Positions 15,215-27,880 of a stretch of 64,000 bases of DNA are shown here, in pieces. The position numbers and the translations under genes were made by a program. The notes under the pieces are model-generated. The model had not been told where the DNA came from, ran no database searches, and saw only the letters and a program-made list of their open reading frames with translations. Position 1 is the stretch's first letter; each line of letters starts with the position of its first letter. The stretch comes from Cystobasidiomycetes sp. EMM_F5 (Eukaryota). The stretch covers positions 124,001 through 188,000 of the forward strand of contig JBPGPT010000012.1 of NCBI GenBank assembly GCA_051047955.1. Direction: 5' to 3'.

Positions 15215-15930
15215 TTAGAAGCCCCCCAAAGCCTTGGCGAGATCGTCCAGCTCGGCCGTTTGCGCTTCTTTGAACTCAGGCAGTGCTTTCCACGCTTTGA
15301 GCAATTGGTCGTCTTGGTCCCAGCTCGTTGACGGAGATGTAGCATTATCTTGTAGTGCTGCAGCGCAGAGCGTGAACAATCCTTGCTTCGTCCGCAGATG
15401 ATCCGAATGAGCGTTAATGAAGGTCGACAAGCGGTCTATGTCGTGTTGTCCCAGGGTGGAGACCGGCAGCACTTTAAGCTGGTCGACAATAAGCATCATG
15501 CTTTCTCTTCAAACATAACGTCAGGAGTCGGTCGAGCCAAGCGAAGGTAGTATCCCCACAAGTCTCTCTGCATATCTCGAAGAGCATCTACTAGCTTTGC
15601 GTCGAGACGTGCGAGTGTTCTTTCACGGCTCGCTGAAGACGGGCCGCCGACGCGTCCTTGCAGAGCGCGCACATTTGTTCTTTGTGATTTGAAAGCATGG
15701 TACCGCTCGGCCGAGGCAACTTTGACGCGTCAATGTATCAGCCATATGCCGTCGTTGCCCTTATGGTGCCGGATCCCATTACTGCTTACCCGATGACGCA
15801 TGGACAGCCTGCAACTATCATTGTCAGAGACCGCTCCTCTGACAACTTGAACGCTGCTTCCACGCACCTGCAGCTGCGCAAAGAGATTATCGGCTGCATG
15901 GAGGACTATCACAGCAGTGGATTGGCTCAT
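15215..15930 (-). CDS. Hypothetical protein (multi-exon; boundaries uncertain)
   Basis: Helical-looking ORF 15215-15499 plus upstream short exons flanked by GT/AG; no family recognised. Confidence 0.35.
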
Positions 15931-16165
15931 GCGTATGGCATTGTGTCAGTCGTAACAGTCGCAGCAATTTGGGTGCCCATTCGCACGCAAACAAGCAGAG
16001 GACGCGGTCACGATCATGGTGCAACAAGAAAGACAGATGAAATTAGGGCTGCTAATCGCGACAAGACGATGAAGGGTGCACGCAATGTAATCACTCATGG
16101 TTCCGTGATTCACTTTCTCTTTAATCCGCGGAGATAGCTTATTGGCATCAGACCGATATGTACAG

Positions 16166-16974
16166 CTACAGAGATACCCGCTCGGTCATCTCGACCTCGC
16201 AAATGTCCGCAAATTCGATGATTGCGTTGTCATCCATCAAAGAAGCTGTGCGCCAATTTGCGGAGAAGTCTGACAGCTGGTCAACATCGATATGTCGACA
16301 ATCGCATAGCTGTCGCACGGTGCTCTTGGCTTGGAAATAAGCCAGCATATGCACAACCCGCAGGTGCTCGAAGGCTTCGGCTGTGGGAACTCGGTTCGTC
16401 AGCTCGGCGGCATCGGCGTGTGCGATTGTAGGAGGCATACCAAAGTGAGATATCGTCCACGTCATGAACAGCTCTTCACGAAACCCGTACTCGAAACTCC
16501 GCTTGTCACAAGCGCTGACCAGGACATTTTGCATCTGAGTATTCAGCGTCTTCATGCCATCGTATTGCTTTGTCTGTCAGCATTGTGTAGTCTAACGATT
16601 TCAGCAATTGTCGAATCACTCAGCGAGCCGCGACGCACGAGTTTCTCAAACACAGCCACCATAGCTAAAATTGCTGCCTCGGTATCGGACGCATGATTGC
16701 TTTGTCCGGAGGTCGCCTGACCCATGGCCAGACGTTTCAAGCACTGCAGTCCTTGTGCAATTATGGCCTCCCAGTTCGTTCGGATGGTAAAGTATGTCTT
16801 GACTATTGCTCTGATGGAACGCTGCTCGGTCGTCTCTGCTCTATGAGACAGGCGCCGCGATGGTGATGCGTCATTGTCATCAGTGCGAATATCGCCCAAC
16901 CTGCTCGAGGCTACCGGTGGTAAGGTATCGGATAGGAGACTCGTCAGTCGTACGCGGGCTGAGGAACGTGGCAT
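16166..16974 (-). CDS. Conserved helical protein, tentatively CINP-like
   Basis: Exons ...TNWEAIIAQGLQCL...FEKL|MKTLNTQM...LFMTWTISHF|...NW...IIEFADICEVEM; the LFxTW.xxHF motif recalls CINP. Confidence 0.5.
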
Positions 16975-17204
16975 GACATATCGTGAGCTGCTTGGAAATG
17001 ACACAGCTGCATAGGTGTGAGTCGGTGATGGGACAAGCAAAGCGCGGGGCAATTCAACGAGATATAAAAGTTACAACAAATATCGGGGTATCTTGGGACA
17101 TTTCGGAACTAGCATGTCTCTGGCCCTTTATCTTTGACATGTCTGCGCTCCGACGGTGAATTTTGCGGTTTCTGTGTTCACCTTGCCAGCGTAGTCTGCT
17201 CATT

Positions 17205-18141
17205 TTATATTTTCCCGTGAAGAAGGTTGCGTATCATCTCACGTCCAGTGATGCGAGTCGTATGCCATAATGTCTCGACGTCAAGGGTGGAGAAGATTCC
17301 GTCCGCGAATCCGAAGAAGAACATGGGCGGAATCCAACCTGACGAATTAAAGTTATGAACTCGCACTAATACACATTGAGCCCAACGCATACCTCTGGCG
17401 TACTCGAGAGCCCAACATCTGTCATGGCACTTGTACTGCTTCACGGTACCCCGCTTCAAGTGATGAACAGATCCCGCTGGGTATACCTGTACGTGACTCG
17501 AATTAGCGACAAAGGACCAAGCGACCCGTTTTGTGACCTACCTCTGGATCCAAAGCGCCCGCAGCGAACGCAGTTTGCTCTCCGGAGAGAATGTGGAAAT
17601 GGTCGTCGGCGGTATGGCGACCCGTGTGGCCTTCAGTGCCTATCGGCGTGCCAAAGATGATGAGGTATTCCGTTATGCTGGCATGAATAATATACATGCT
17701 CCCCATGGCGCCTCCTGCGACGTTAAAGATCTGAAATTCGAGCTTAGTCTTAGTACAAAAAATGCAAAGACTTGGCACAAGTACCCATTCTTCATTCTTT
17801 GAGACGGCGCTTTCGGGCACACGCGATCGTACGTTCGCTACAATATCGTCGATAACAGCGCGCGTGTTGTTGCCGTGCTTTTCAAGGGCCGACGTCTGGA
17901 TGACCCGCAATGTCGGTAGGTCAAAGATATACCATCGATGCTGTACGATATGTATGTCAGCCCACGTAAAACGGCATTTGCAGACTGTGCATACCTTGAT
18001 GCGATCTAACGCAGATCCTATCAGCGTCAGCAGGCCAAGAACTAAGCCCGTGATGAGTAGGGATTTTAAGGAGAATCGACTCTTTCGCGGGATCGTGACT
18101 ACTTTTTGGCGATAGACGACTTTGGGGGCAGGAGTCGCCAT
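17205..18141 (-). CDS. ERG2: C-8 sterol isomerase (sigma-1 receptor family)
   Basis: FNVAGGAMGSMYIIHASITEYLIIFGTPIGTEGHTGRHTADD, WALEYARG|WIPPMFFFGFAD. Confidence 0.96.
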
Positions 18142-18358
18142 GCCGTTCAAGAGAACGAACGCGTAGACTGCAACGGTTAGCAAAAACGTGTTAGAATGCG
18201 GAGAGGTACGCGGTGTGCAAAGGAAAGCAGAAGCTGGCCAGCCCATTTCGCGAGGATCTTCCACACGACACGATCGACCCATTTCGACTCTGGACCGGCC
18301 TGCCGACCGTTCTTGTCAAACGATATCAGGCCAGTCCTCTACGTACGCGTCGCCCATC

Positions 18359-18950
18359 ATGTTACGGTCTGTGACGCATCATCAGCCAAAAGTCTCCAAA
18401 TTGGTGCTGGACATTCTGCGCAAAGAAGGACCGAAAACGTCACGAAGTGTCTTTGCAGCCTGTCAGGCCGCAAACCTAGAAGCACCCAAGACTCCGTACT
18501 ATCCTCCGCATCAGCGCGTATATCCATTCGGAGCAAAGAGTGGTCCAGCTCCCGGCGTCGAATCGCGAGCCGAGTTGCAGCAGGCAATCCGGAGCATGCG
18601 GCAGTAAGCAAAGGCGCATGACAAACAGGCCTGCAGCACGTCTCAAATAGGGCAGTAGTCTTACAGTCTTCGTCTGTCGCAGAATCAAATCCACTCTGCG
18701 AGCTCTCGAGCAACGAGGACAAGTCACACAGATGACCATACAAAAATGGAACAATATCGTCAAAGAATCCAAGATACCAGAGCTGATACAGCAAGCAAGC
18801 GATATCGAGAAATCTCTCAAGCAGAGTGGCGAGAGCTCGTTTGTCTGGGTCGACGGAGGTGTCCGTGAGCAAGCTGTTGGCGCAACTATTCGAGCCAAAT
18901 CTCCAAAGGTCATCAGATCCCAAGCCACAACGCAACAAGCCTCTTCTTGA
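18359..18950 (+). CDS. Hypothetical basic protein (2 exons), possibly mitochondrial
   Basis: MLRSVTHH...IRSMR|QIKSTLRALEQRGQV...SFVWV...; GTAAGC donor at ~18604, acceptor ~18682. Confidence 0.55.
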
Positions 18951-19054
18951 ATTGCCGAAAGCTACCTTCTTGGCGTTTGGCCGCTCCTCACTACTGTGTT
19001 GCCCTCGAACTAAACCTTACATTGGGTGTCTATGATCGTTCCGCAGCAAGGGCT

Positions 19055-19717
19055 TCATCCCTCTGCAGCTTCCTCATGGTCATCTCCAAGCTTTGCACGC
19101 GCCTTGCGTCGCTGCTTGCGACTTCTCGCAGCCTTTTTGGCGCTCATTACCTCCCATTTGGCTTCTAGCTTGGAAGCACCGGGATTTAAGGCAAGATCGA
19201 CTGTTCATGGAGGCATTCGACCTGGTTAGCGTCCGGGTGCATATTGGACGCATCCATATAGGAGTGCTCCAGAAGGAATTGCGAAGCTCACCGCGTTCGC
19301 GCAAGATCCGGCGAGCCAAGCTGCGGTTCGTCTCCCTAGAGCGCTGCTGATGGCATTGCACGCGGATACCTGAAACAATGGCAAGGGTTAGCGGGCAAAT
19401 AGCCAAGCAGTCGCGTCTATCGTAACGTGCCCGTTGGCTTGTGTAATAGCGAGACGGAGATGTTGGTTTTGTTGATGGCTTGACCTGTTGTAGTATCAGA
19501 CTTTCAGATTAGAGACAATACGACGGCAAGCACACGTTGGCATTTCTCATGCAAGCAGCCTACCTCCAGGACCACTGCCTCTTACAAAAGTCTCCTCAAT
19601 GTCATCTTCGTTCAATGGCGGCAGAGCCGGCAGCTTCTTCGGAAACGTATACTTTGTCGTCGTCGTGAAGCTCGCTCTGCGCAAGCATGTACCAATCCAT
19701 CGTCCTGGACAGATCAT
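19055..19717 (-). CDS. Mitochondrial RF-1-domain ribosome rescue factor (mtRF-R/C12orf65-like)
   Basis: LNEDDIEETFVRGSGPG|GQAINKT..VSLLHKPT|GIRVQCHQQRSRETNRSLARRILRE|..basic tail; GGQ motif. Confidence 0.9.
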
Positions 19718-20057
19718 TCAGGCTGCATCTGAACCGTGACTCGGAGTGACAGGCCTGACATTCGCATGAAGGGAACCCAAGCGTCTTCAAGAAGTCTACA
19801 CGCAACAACCTCCCGCCATACATGCATCACGCTCAAAAGAATTATGGTCAAGGTTTGCATGCTTAATCTGTACTGCTTGATTGCACTATCTACAGCTTGA
19901 CAAGGCCAGCCTGTCCTTCTGAGGTGGTAGGCTATGCGCTAAATTAACAGAGTCGTGATTAATGATTGACGTGTATGTGCATGCAGAATGCGTATTCGGA
20001 TGTTGTTGATTAGTTCATCTGTTCCTCTCCATCGCCGTCTGACTCTAGCGCTGCTGT

Positions 20058-22961
20058 CTACACATACGCTGGCGAAGATTTCAAGGCGTGTTTGTAGGAA
20101 GGAGGTGGACAAAGCCACGCCTCCTCACCATCATCTCCGACGCGTTCGTACCGCTCAGCTTCGCTCTCGTCAAGGTCGCGCGCCGCTCTTTCGGCGGACT
20201 CTTCGGCCGTCGCAGAAGGCGTTTGCCTAGTCGCAGAGGGGATTACGCTTGCGAGGCATTCGGCTGTCCGATTCGCGATGCATGACATTTGTGGTTCGGC
20301 AACCGAGCCAATGGTGACAGGAATGAGTATCTCCTTCATCTTGCCAGGGAATGCGGGTAATTGTGGGGCATGCTGGAAAGGGCTGCACTGAGCACGCTTG
20401 ACCCGGTGCGTAGCAGATGAGGCGCAAGCGAATGGGTTTGTGACAGACAGCCCACTCAATGGGGAGGTGGAGGGCGATTTGGGACACGTAAACGTATTGG
20501 CTGAAGGGATCTCCATGTCTGGAACGCACTCGCTGATTTCTCGCAAGGTCCGGCCGAGGTCGGTAGGCGCGAAACCAATCTCGATGCTGATGAAGTGTCT
20601 AGAAGATGCGTGCACGTATTTTTGATAGTCGGATGCCAACGGTTTTCGTTCGCTCAAAGCTGCCGAGAACCATGAACACTCGCCGTGCTGCATGCTCGGC
20701 GGAGAGCTGGGTCCCAGATCAATGAAGCTTGTATAGCCATGATCCCAAGATCCATCGTCGCTGCCGACTGGTAGTGTTATGTCGGATATGACTACTTGTG
20801 CCTTGTTGCCTGGTGCTGCGCCAGCCTTGGCTCTGACAGAGTAGGGAACGTAACCCCAGCGGGACACGATCTCCTCTTCCTCTTTGCAGAACTCTTCCAT
20901 GAAGATATCCTCGGGCAGACCCCACTCATTTGCGGCTTCATGCGCGGAATCTCGAACGTAAATCTTGCGAATCAAAGACAGACGAATGTACAAGTCTGTT
21001 GGCTCGGTGGGACAGTCTGCTATGCGTAGAGTTATTGGGATGACCGATCCAGGGGAGAAGCTGGAAGTTGGTATGGATGGAGAGACTATGTGAGTGCATG
21101 TCTTGTCGGCCAACTGTTTGGCAGCCGAGGATGTAGGGCGGGTCAAGGACAATGCGCGCGCCATGCCCGCAAGAAACCCGTCTTTCCGGGTATCGTGGGT
21201 CAAGGTTGGAATTTGCGGTGGAAGTGTGGGAAGTGTGGATGGCATCACGTGAAAGGGCGTCGTCAAGCAGTGCAGCACTTCAGGTCGTCCATCAGGTGAC
21301 TTCCGTGAGCTGAAGAGGGCTAGCGACATAGTGTATCGTATGCGAAAGTGTGCTGACTCAAAAGAAGGAGGTAATTTGTCTGAACACGGAATCTTCATGC
21401 TGAGTGGAAGCATGAACGTTCCGGGAGCCAACATTTCCTCCCAGGATGCGTCGTCCAGATCCTCTGTTGGCATTGCGTACCGCGCCCGCCATTGCCGTTC
21501 CACACGCAATTTTTCCTTGACGATAGGACCTGCGTCCCGTCTCCAAATCTTCAGACCATTGGTTAGATCCGTAGCGAAATCTGCAATCATTCTTTGCGTC
21601 TTAACGACGGTTCTGTATGCGAAAATTAGTCACGCAAAGAGTGTCACTGCAGGCCAGACTCCTCACCTCCCGCACTTTCGGCTCTTCTCCGCATCGATGA
21701 TCTCTACCATGCCGGTGACACCGAGCATCATTCCCGCTATACCTGCCCGACCGCTATCACTGCTAGTGTCAGAGCTTCCAACAGCCAACGGAATGCCTCC
21801 TGGGGTTCTGATTTTGAGCTGGGGCGCGAAGCTGACCCTTTGCAATGGGAAGAAAGCAGGAGGTGCACTAGAGTCGGCATCTGATACGTACCCGCCGGGG
21901 GCAGCGAAACGCAGACACGACTCCAAGTCACTCGGACGTAATTCGCTGACAGGAGTTGGCGCGGGAAATGTGAATGGTGGAGTGCGGCCGGATCGTTTGC
22001 TTTGTTCGTCAATGCTCAGATCGCTGGTGGGGGGAGAGGATCGGGAGCTGTTGGTAATGGCAGCCCATTGTGAGGGCGGAAAGGAGCTGGCTGTGGTACC
22101 TTTAGGCGATGGAAAGCAGTCCGAGGGGATTTGTCGTTTCTTTGAGCTCGTAAGTCTGGTCCTAACGGATTTTCTGCGAGAAAAACTCGATGTCGAGCAA
22201 GAAGAGGAAGACATTGATGTGCTGCATGATGATACAGATGAGGGATTGCTCCAGGTGGAAGACGTTGATGCGGAACTTGAGGCTGATGATGATGGAGACA
22301 TGTCAGCAGAAGAGAGGCTGCTGTCGACAGAATGTGGGGAGAAGGGCCGGGAGGAGTCGGAATAGTCTTCGTCGTCAGATGACGCTGTCACGTCTTGCTC
22401 TTCTTCAGAATCGACCGGATCATACTCATCCTCGTCGATTTCGCTCGCTGGAGAAGATGGACTAATGACGGGTCGAACATTTGGCGAGAGAACAGAGGGA
22501 AGGACTGCCTTGTTTGCGCTCGAAATGCGGTAGTCAGCCTGATATAACCATCGCGTCATGTTTGAAAGGGAAGTTCGAATGGGAGGAAAAAGACAATGAC
22601 ACGTCGTAAATCAGTAAACAAGCCGGGGGCCATTTGAAGCTCTAGACTATTGCTTGGTGGGACTTACCCATTCAGGAAGAGCAGACGCAGCGGAGTTGAT
22701 CCATGAAGGTACCTCCAAGTGACGTCGGCCAACGTTCGAAGTCTCGGATGGGATGCCCATAGCGGAGAGGTACGCGGCAGCTGGCGACGGTCTCGAGCAG
22801 ATGGAATTTGCAGAGGAAGAGGACGACGGACAGCAGCACGCCGTAGTCGAACATTGCTGCACCTGGTGTACCAAACCGGAAGCTAGTGCTAGCGCTGTAG
22901 CGGTTTGCTCAGCATACGTTGTGCTAGCATCCTCGGTGGCGAAGGTACGCGAAGACGGCAT
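20058..22961 (-). CDS. Alpha-arrestin-like adaptor with Ser-rich N-terminus and C-terminal PPxY
   Basis: LPLSMKIP...LPPSF...IRYTM, FSPGSVIPITLRI, IPVTIGS, terminal PPPSY. Confidence 0.65.
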
Positions 22962-24434
22962 GATTTTGGGCAGAGTATTTAGATTGTTTGGGCGACAGAA
23001 GCTGCCAATCTACGCGGAGTTATTGAGCACAGTCGCGCCTTCCGAAATCGGATTGACCGTGTCGAACGCAGCGGAGTTTGTCTGGCAACAAAGGGGAAGG
23101 CGAGTTTCGGCTTTCTGCGCGTTGCAGTTGCTTGGGACAGAGGCGTCAACAGTAGCAGAATGATGCAGAGGTTCGTGGAGAACAAGTCGGCTGGGTTGCT
23201 CGCAGCTGGATGGGTCCCAGTGTACGCGTGGTGGGTTTATGAGTAGCCAGACTCGAGGTGCGGATGCAGGGCGACCCAGACTGTGACCAGACAGTTGGGC
23301 GTTATTTGCGAGAGTGAGTGTGGGTCAACTGCGACGACGGTCGATGTTGGCGGTAAGAAGGCAGAGCAGACTTGCTAATCCGTCCTCCAGAGTTGACTCC
23401 TCGGTCAGTCCCCTGGCGCGCGTTGACCCGGATCATGCACAGACTATTTTGCTTCCAGAGGGTTACTCCTTATTCTTTACTCTTGAAATATAATACTACG
23501 ACTCCGTTGGAATGCTGCTTCTTCCTGGGATTATCGCTGCTGTCACGCAAGCTGATTTACGCGTTGCCCTTGCCTTTTCTCCGCGTGCCTCAGGGAATCG
23601 CCGCGACGCGTCCCAAAGTTGTCCGCGCGTGTGATGGTTTGAAAATGCCCTGCTTGCAGCTCGAGATGAATGCCACTAATGCACGCGACGTCTTTTCAGT
23701 GAATACGGCTCTGCACGGCTGCTAATTTCTTGCTGCTAGAGCTACTGGTCGGGGCCCCGGATTGCGGATTGCTGATCATCAACAGACAACTGTGTGGTAC
23801 AGATCTGAGAAGGACTGGTGCTGTATGTGCGCCCAGAATGCTCCCGATAATGTCGCTCCGACCCGGTCTGCTTGATCTGACAGCCCCTTGCGCTATTGTT
23901 CGCACAGAGGCCTGTGCGCAAGTGGCGACTCTGCCTTCGTCAGGCTGTTCAAGCTTAAGGTTGGTACTGAAACCGATATATCCCGTGCTGATGCAACACT
24001 TGAACGACAAATCTACAGGGTTCCCTGGGCAATTGCATGCGTGCGCCAATGGCTGCTGGCTTGACTGCACTTTTCGGAGGCCATGTTGTCTCGGCTGGCA
24101 AATGAGCGATAATATCACATTCAAGATGCGATTATTGAGACGACTACGCTGCAAACAGAGCGGTTCCTCCCACCCCTCGTTGTAATGACCTTTCCATCTC
24201 ATCGTTTTCAATTCCTTCGGAACAGGCACAGCATCAAGCTGCCGCCGCTGGCGTCGTCGGGGAGCGCTAGCCAAATACAGCGGTCGACTCCGAACGAAGC
24301 TGTCGCCATTGGCGTCCCGAAGTTCTCGTCTTAATTTCCTCCTTTCTTCTTTGCAGTACCCATACATCCAGTGTTCTCAATTTCTCACCAGCCTTCGCCC
24401 GGCGTTACAGCGGTCAACCGCAAACCAAATTCAC

Positions 24435-24837
24435 GGACGTTATGAGAATTGGCTCGGCTGCTGAAAGCTGCTCTGACTCGAACGAATGTACCTCTCTGTT
24501 ACGTCCATCGTAAAGTGTTATTTGCTTCCGCTCGGGGAGCCCAACTTATGCAGATAATATCTCCCGAGCATGCATAGCCATTGCGAAAGCGTTGATGTGC
24601 AGGGGCTGTGCTTCATTCGCTTGGATGTGACCTCATATGAATGGATGTGGAGCGGCCAACATGCAATCAAGCGATCATGATTTCGCTGAAGCTATGCTTA
24701 GACACCACGGGATCGCTCAGACCGCAAGAATATTATTACCGCGATCACTTGCCTCTTATATTGACCTTTTGACGGCTGTTGGCTTATTCTCAGTTTCAGA
24801 CGTCAGCGCGGTGTCGGCCTCGGTCCTTTTTACATTT
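24435..24837 (+). ncRNA. Candidate large structured RNA, H/ACA-like
   Basis: Five consecutive hairpins including a ~125-nt rod; ACACCA (H-box-like) 24702-24707; ACA 24832-24834. Confidence 0.45.
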
Positions 24838-24949
24838 CTCTGACGGATCGGTAGTATCTACGTAATGCTTCCGTTTACATGGTATTACCATAGTGCACTG
24901 ATGCTGGTGTGCGTGTATTTACATGGCTTTGATCATATATTAGCGACAA

Positions 24950-26909
24950 TTACGACACATTCAGCTTCTTCGCTACCTGTTTCTTTAGGCGTCGCATCTT
25001 TCCTTGCTGTAGCACCGGCGTAATCACATATTAGTAAGTCTGTCGCCAGCTCGAATTGTAATAGATAGGGCCGGTGCCACTTACAGCCGCGTGTAGCGTG
25101 TTTGCTCGTTCAACGAACCACAGTTTCAACTGCAAGAAACAATTCAGCCATTCCATTTCTACGCACCTAATCATAATCATACCTCTGTCGTTCCAACCTT
25201 GACTTGGCTTAGGTCTGCTCCCTGGGATTCCAATTCATCGATAAAGTGCCTGAAGTAGTTTGCTTTGGTCCGGTAGTGACCAGACATTGGGTTACATTTC
25301 AGTAAAACTCCATCTCGAACAATCATGGTACCAGCAGATGTGATGGGCCCTCCGGCCAAGAAGGATGAATGCTGAAAAGTGCCCTTCTGTTTAATCCCAA
25401 CGTACAGACGGTAATCTGCGAGATTTACATCAGTGGCCATCGCCATAATTTAGCTTTGTTAACATCGCTCACTCTCATCGGATACGTAGATCCAGACATC
25501 CCCCTTCTCCTTTTTCGCTTCATGCTTGCTCATCTGCCCATTTTTAGAGATCTTGCCGCTGTCCGGGTCCGATCGTAAAGGTTTGAAAGTATCAGATGAG
25601 GTGCGCCTGAGTGCAGTCGGCCTGGTAAAGTCGACACTGCTGTGCGAGGATGACGAGTCGTCGAAGTCTGCAGAATTGGATGACGTTTCTGAAGAATCAT
25701 CACCCGTGTCGCTTTCGCTTCCTGTACTCGACGGGGTCCTTGCGTCGCCGGCGGCATGCACGGCGTCAGAAGGCGCCATGCCTTGACCTTGACCAAGATC
25801 TGTCCAGTTCCGGGCGGTCTGATGCATTGATGGAGAGTCAGAGTAGGTCTGTGAGCGATTTACATAGTCTTATATTACCGTATCGACCGGCGGATGGGCG
25901 TCGCCAGTATATTCCACAGCTTGACGAGTCGGCGAGGCCCAACGAAATTTGCCATCCGAAGAATCCACTGCCACTAAGTAGTGCTTCCTCTGCTCGGCGG
26001 TAAGGTAGATGATGCACTCCTTCTCAAGCTTCTCACGAGGACACTCCTTAAGTGACAGCGACGCGCCCTCTCCATGATCCAGCCAATCAAAGCTATAGCA
26101 ACGGCAGCTTCAGCCTATCGCAACGTATCGCAATGCTCAGACCGGCATACAAGCTGCCCTGCGTGTCCTTGCGGGATTGCCATTCTTCGAAATAGTATTT
26201 CATGTTGGAGCCGTATCGGTGCTTCTCATCTAGCATTTCCAGCCAATGCTGTTCCTCTAACTTCTTCTTGACTTTGACTGCCTTTTGGCCCTCCTTGCGC
26301 CCAAATGGTTTCCGGTGGCCGGATGCATCACGATTGTAGGCGTAGGCCTTTGCAATTTTGATCTTGTCCTTTGCGGTAGCTCCTTTAGCGTCCTTTAAGA
26401 CATTGGCCAGCGTATTTGGGACAGTCTCCGTCTGCTCTGCATTGCGCTTATCCTCTTTCTTTTCCCGCGCAGCATTCGGGGCACGTGAGCCTGCGTCGCC
26501 AGATAATCTCCCGGCCAGTGAAGCTCCTTGTTGCCATTTATCGAGCGGAGTGCCGTTACTCTTGCTTGACTTGCCTTCTGTAAAGTGTTGCGCACGGATA
26601 AGTCGAATTCGGACCGAATTCCAGAAATAGCTGTACTGTCAGGATACCTGTCAAAGTGAACTTTTCAGCCTACTCACCTGGCTCAGCGAGCCTTCCCGAC
26701 TTGCGACTGCTGCGGAACAAGTCTTGTATGACTTTGGCTGCGTCTTCCTGGCGTAACCTACCATTCTTCTGGCTGGAACCAGTCGTAGCAGCTGTTTGTG
26801 GCTGTGACGTCGGCTGCCGGGACTTTGCAGCTTCCAGGTCAAATGCCCGTTTGATGGCAGCCGCAGCCCGACGGTCTCTCTCGTCGTCGTCTGGCAGGCT
26901 GTCGCTCAT
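24950..26909 (-). CDS. IQ calmodulin-binding motif protein (IQM-like)
   Basis: AAKVIQDLFR, KHRYGSNMKYY, WLDHGEG, CPREKLE, WIYVSD, KGTFQHSSFLAGGPITSAG..PMSGHYR. Confidence 0.85.
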
Positions 26910-27057
26910 GTTGCATTATAATTTTGTTGGGTAGGCCGCATCGAAGTCGGGCAAGAGTAGAAGTGCTGGTTTATTGTGAACCACACGACACCGCATCCGA
27001 CCTGCTGGACAGGTTGCCGGCTGCGCTCACATTCACTTGCCTTCTATATCTTGCAAT

Positions 27058-27880
27058 ATGCCAGACATGTCCGGAAAGCTAGAGTTGATGCACCTGGTTG
27101 AGCGGCTCAAGCTCCAAAAGCGCACTGGCTGGGTCCGCGAGGGCTGCAGAGACCCTGAATCAATTGCAGACCATATGTACCGAATGGCAGTCATGGCTCT
27201 ACTGTCCGAGGAGGACGAAGAGCTCGATGTCGCAAAATGCGTTCAGATGGCTGTGGTTCATGACCTGGCTGAAGCTGAAGTTGGCGACATCACGCCGTTC
27301 GATGGCATATCCAAAGAGGAAAAGCAGGCTCGCGAGACTGTGCGAACGTCATTCATCAAGCACATTAGGCTGCAGCAGATCGCTGATATATCTGTCCTAC
27401 AAGGCTGCAATGCATCGAATCACGAATACACTCCTTCAGCCGTCTGGACCAGCAGCAAGGCGCATCGATAGTTTATGGCACGAATACGAAGCTGGACAAA
27501 GTCGCGAGGCGATGTTCGTAAAAGACCTCGATAGGCTGGAGATGGCTCTTCAAGCTTCCGAGTATGAATCTGCTCAAGGTAGTAAACGAATGCAGCCTTT
27601 CTTTGAGAGTTCGATACCCAAAATCGCACATCCGGAGGTTAGGAGTTGGGCGAGTGCTTTGTGAGCGCAACTCCTTGCAATACCCTATGTAGGCCGCTAA
27701 CCGAATTACAGGATGCACCAACGCCAGAAAGCGCATTCTCAGGATGAAAATTATCAGCACGTCTCCACTTCGACAGACCTGGATCTCACCGAGCCGCATC
27801 CCACGACTGAGGAGCTACCATCGATCGTTGGGACGCCAGGCGCTCTTATAGCTGTTCTGGATGCTCACGAAGAGGTATAA
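27058..27880 (+). CDS. HD-domain 5'-deoxynucleotidase (HDDC2/YGK1-like)
   Basis: LKLQKRTGWV, ESIADHMYRMA, MAVVHDLAEAEVGDITP, LWHEYE, FVKDLDRLEMALQASEYE. Confidence 0.92.

Noticed and set aside
21331..22365. 344-aa plus-strand ORF and many similar antisense ORFs
   Set aside because: Shadows of genuine genes on the opposite strand in GC-rich coding DNA
23224..23611. Three ACGCGT (MCB-like) sites
   Set aside because: The window is GC- and CpG-rich and the neighbouring genes are not obviously S-phase genes; chance is plausible
23696..24367. 223-aa minus-strand ORF and the overlapping plus-strand ORFs
   Set aside because: No recognisable motifs or protein-like composition; more likely non-coding or host-transcript sequence, though a small gene is not excluded
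24740..24895. snR30/U17 or telomerase RNA identity for the structured RNA
   Set aside because: m1 (UAUUCC) and m2 (AAACCA) motifs and a CUAACCCU template are absent
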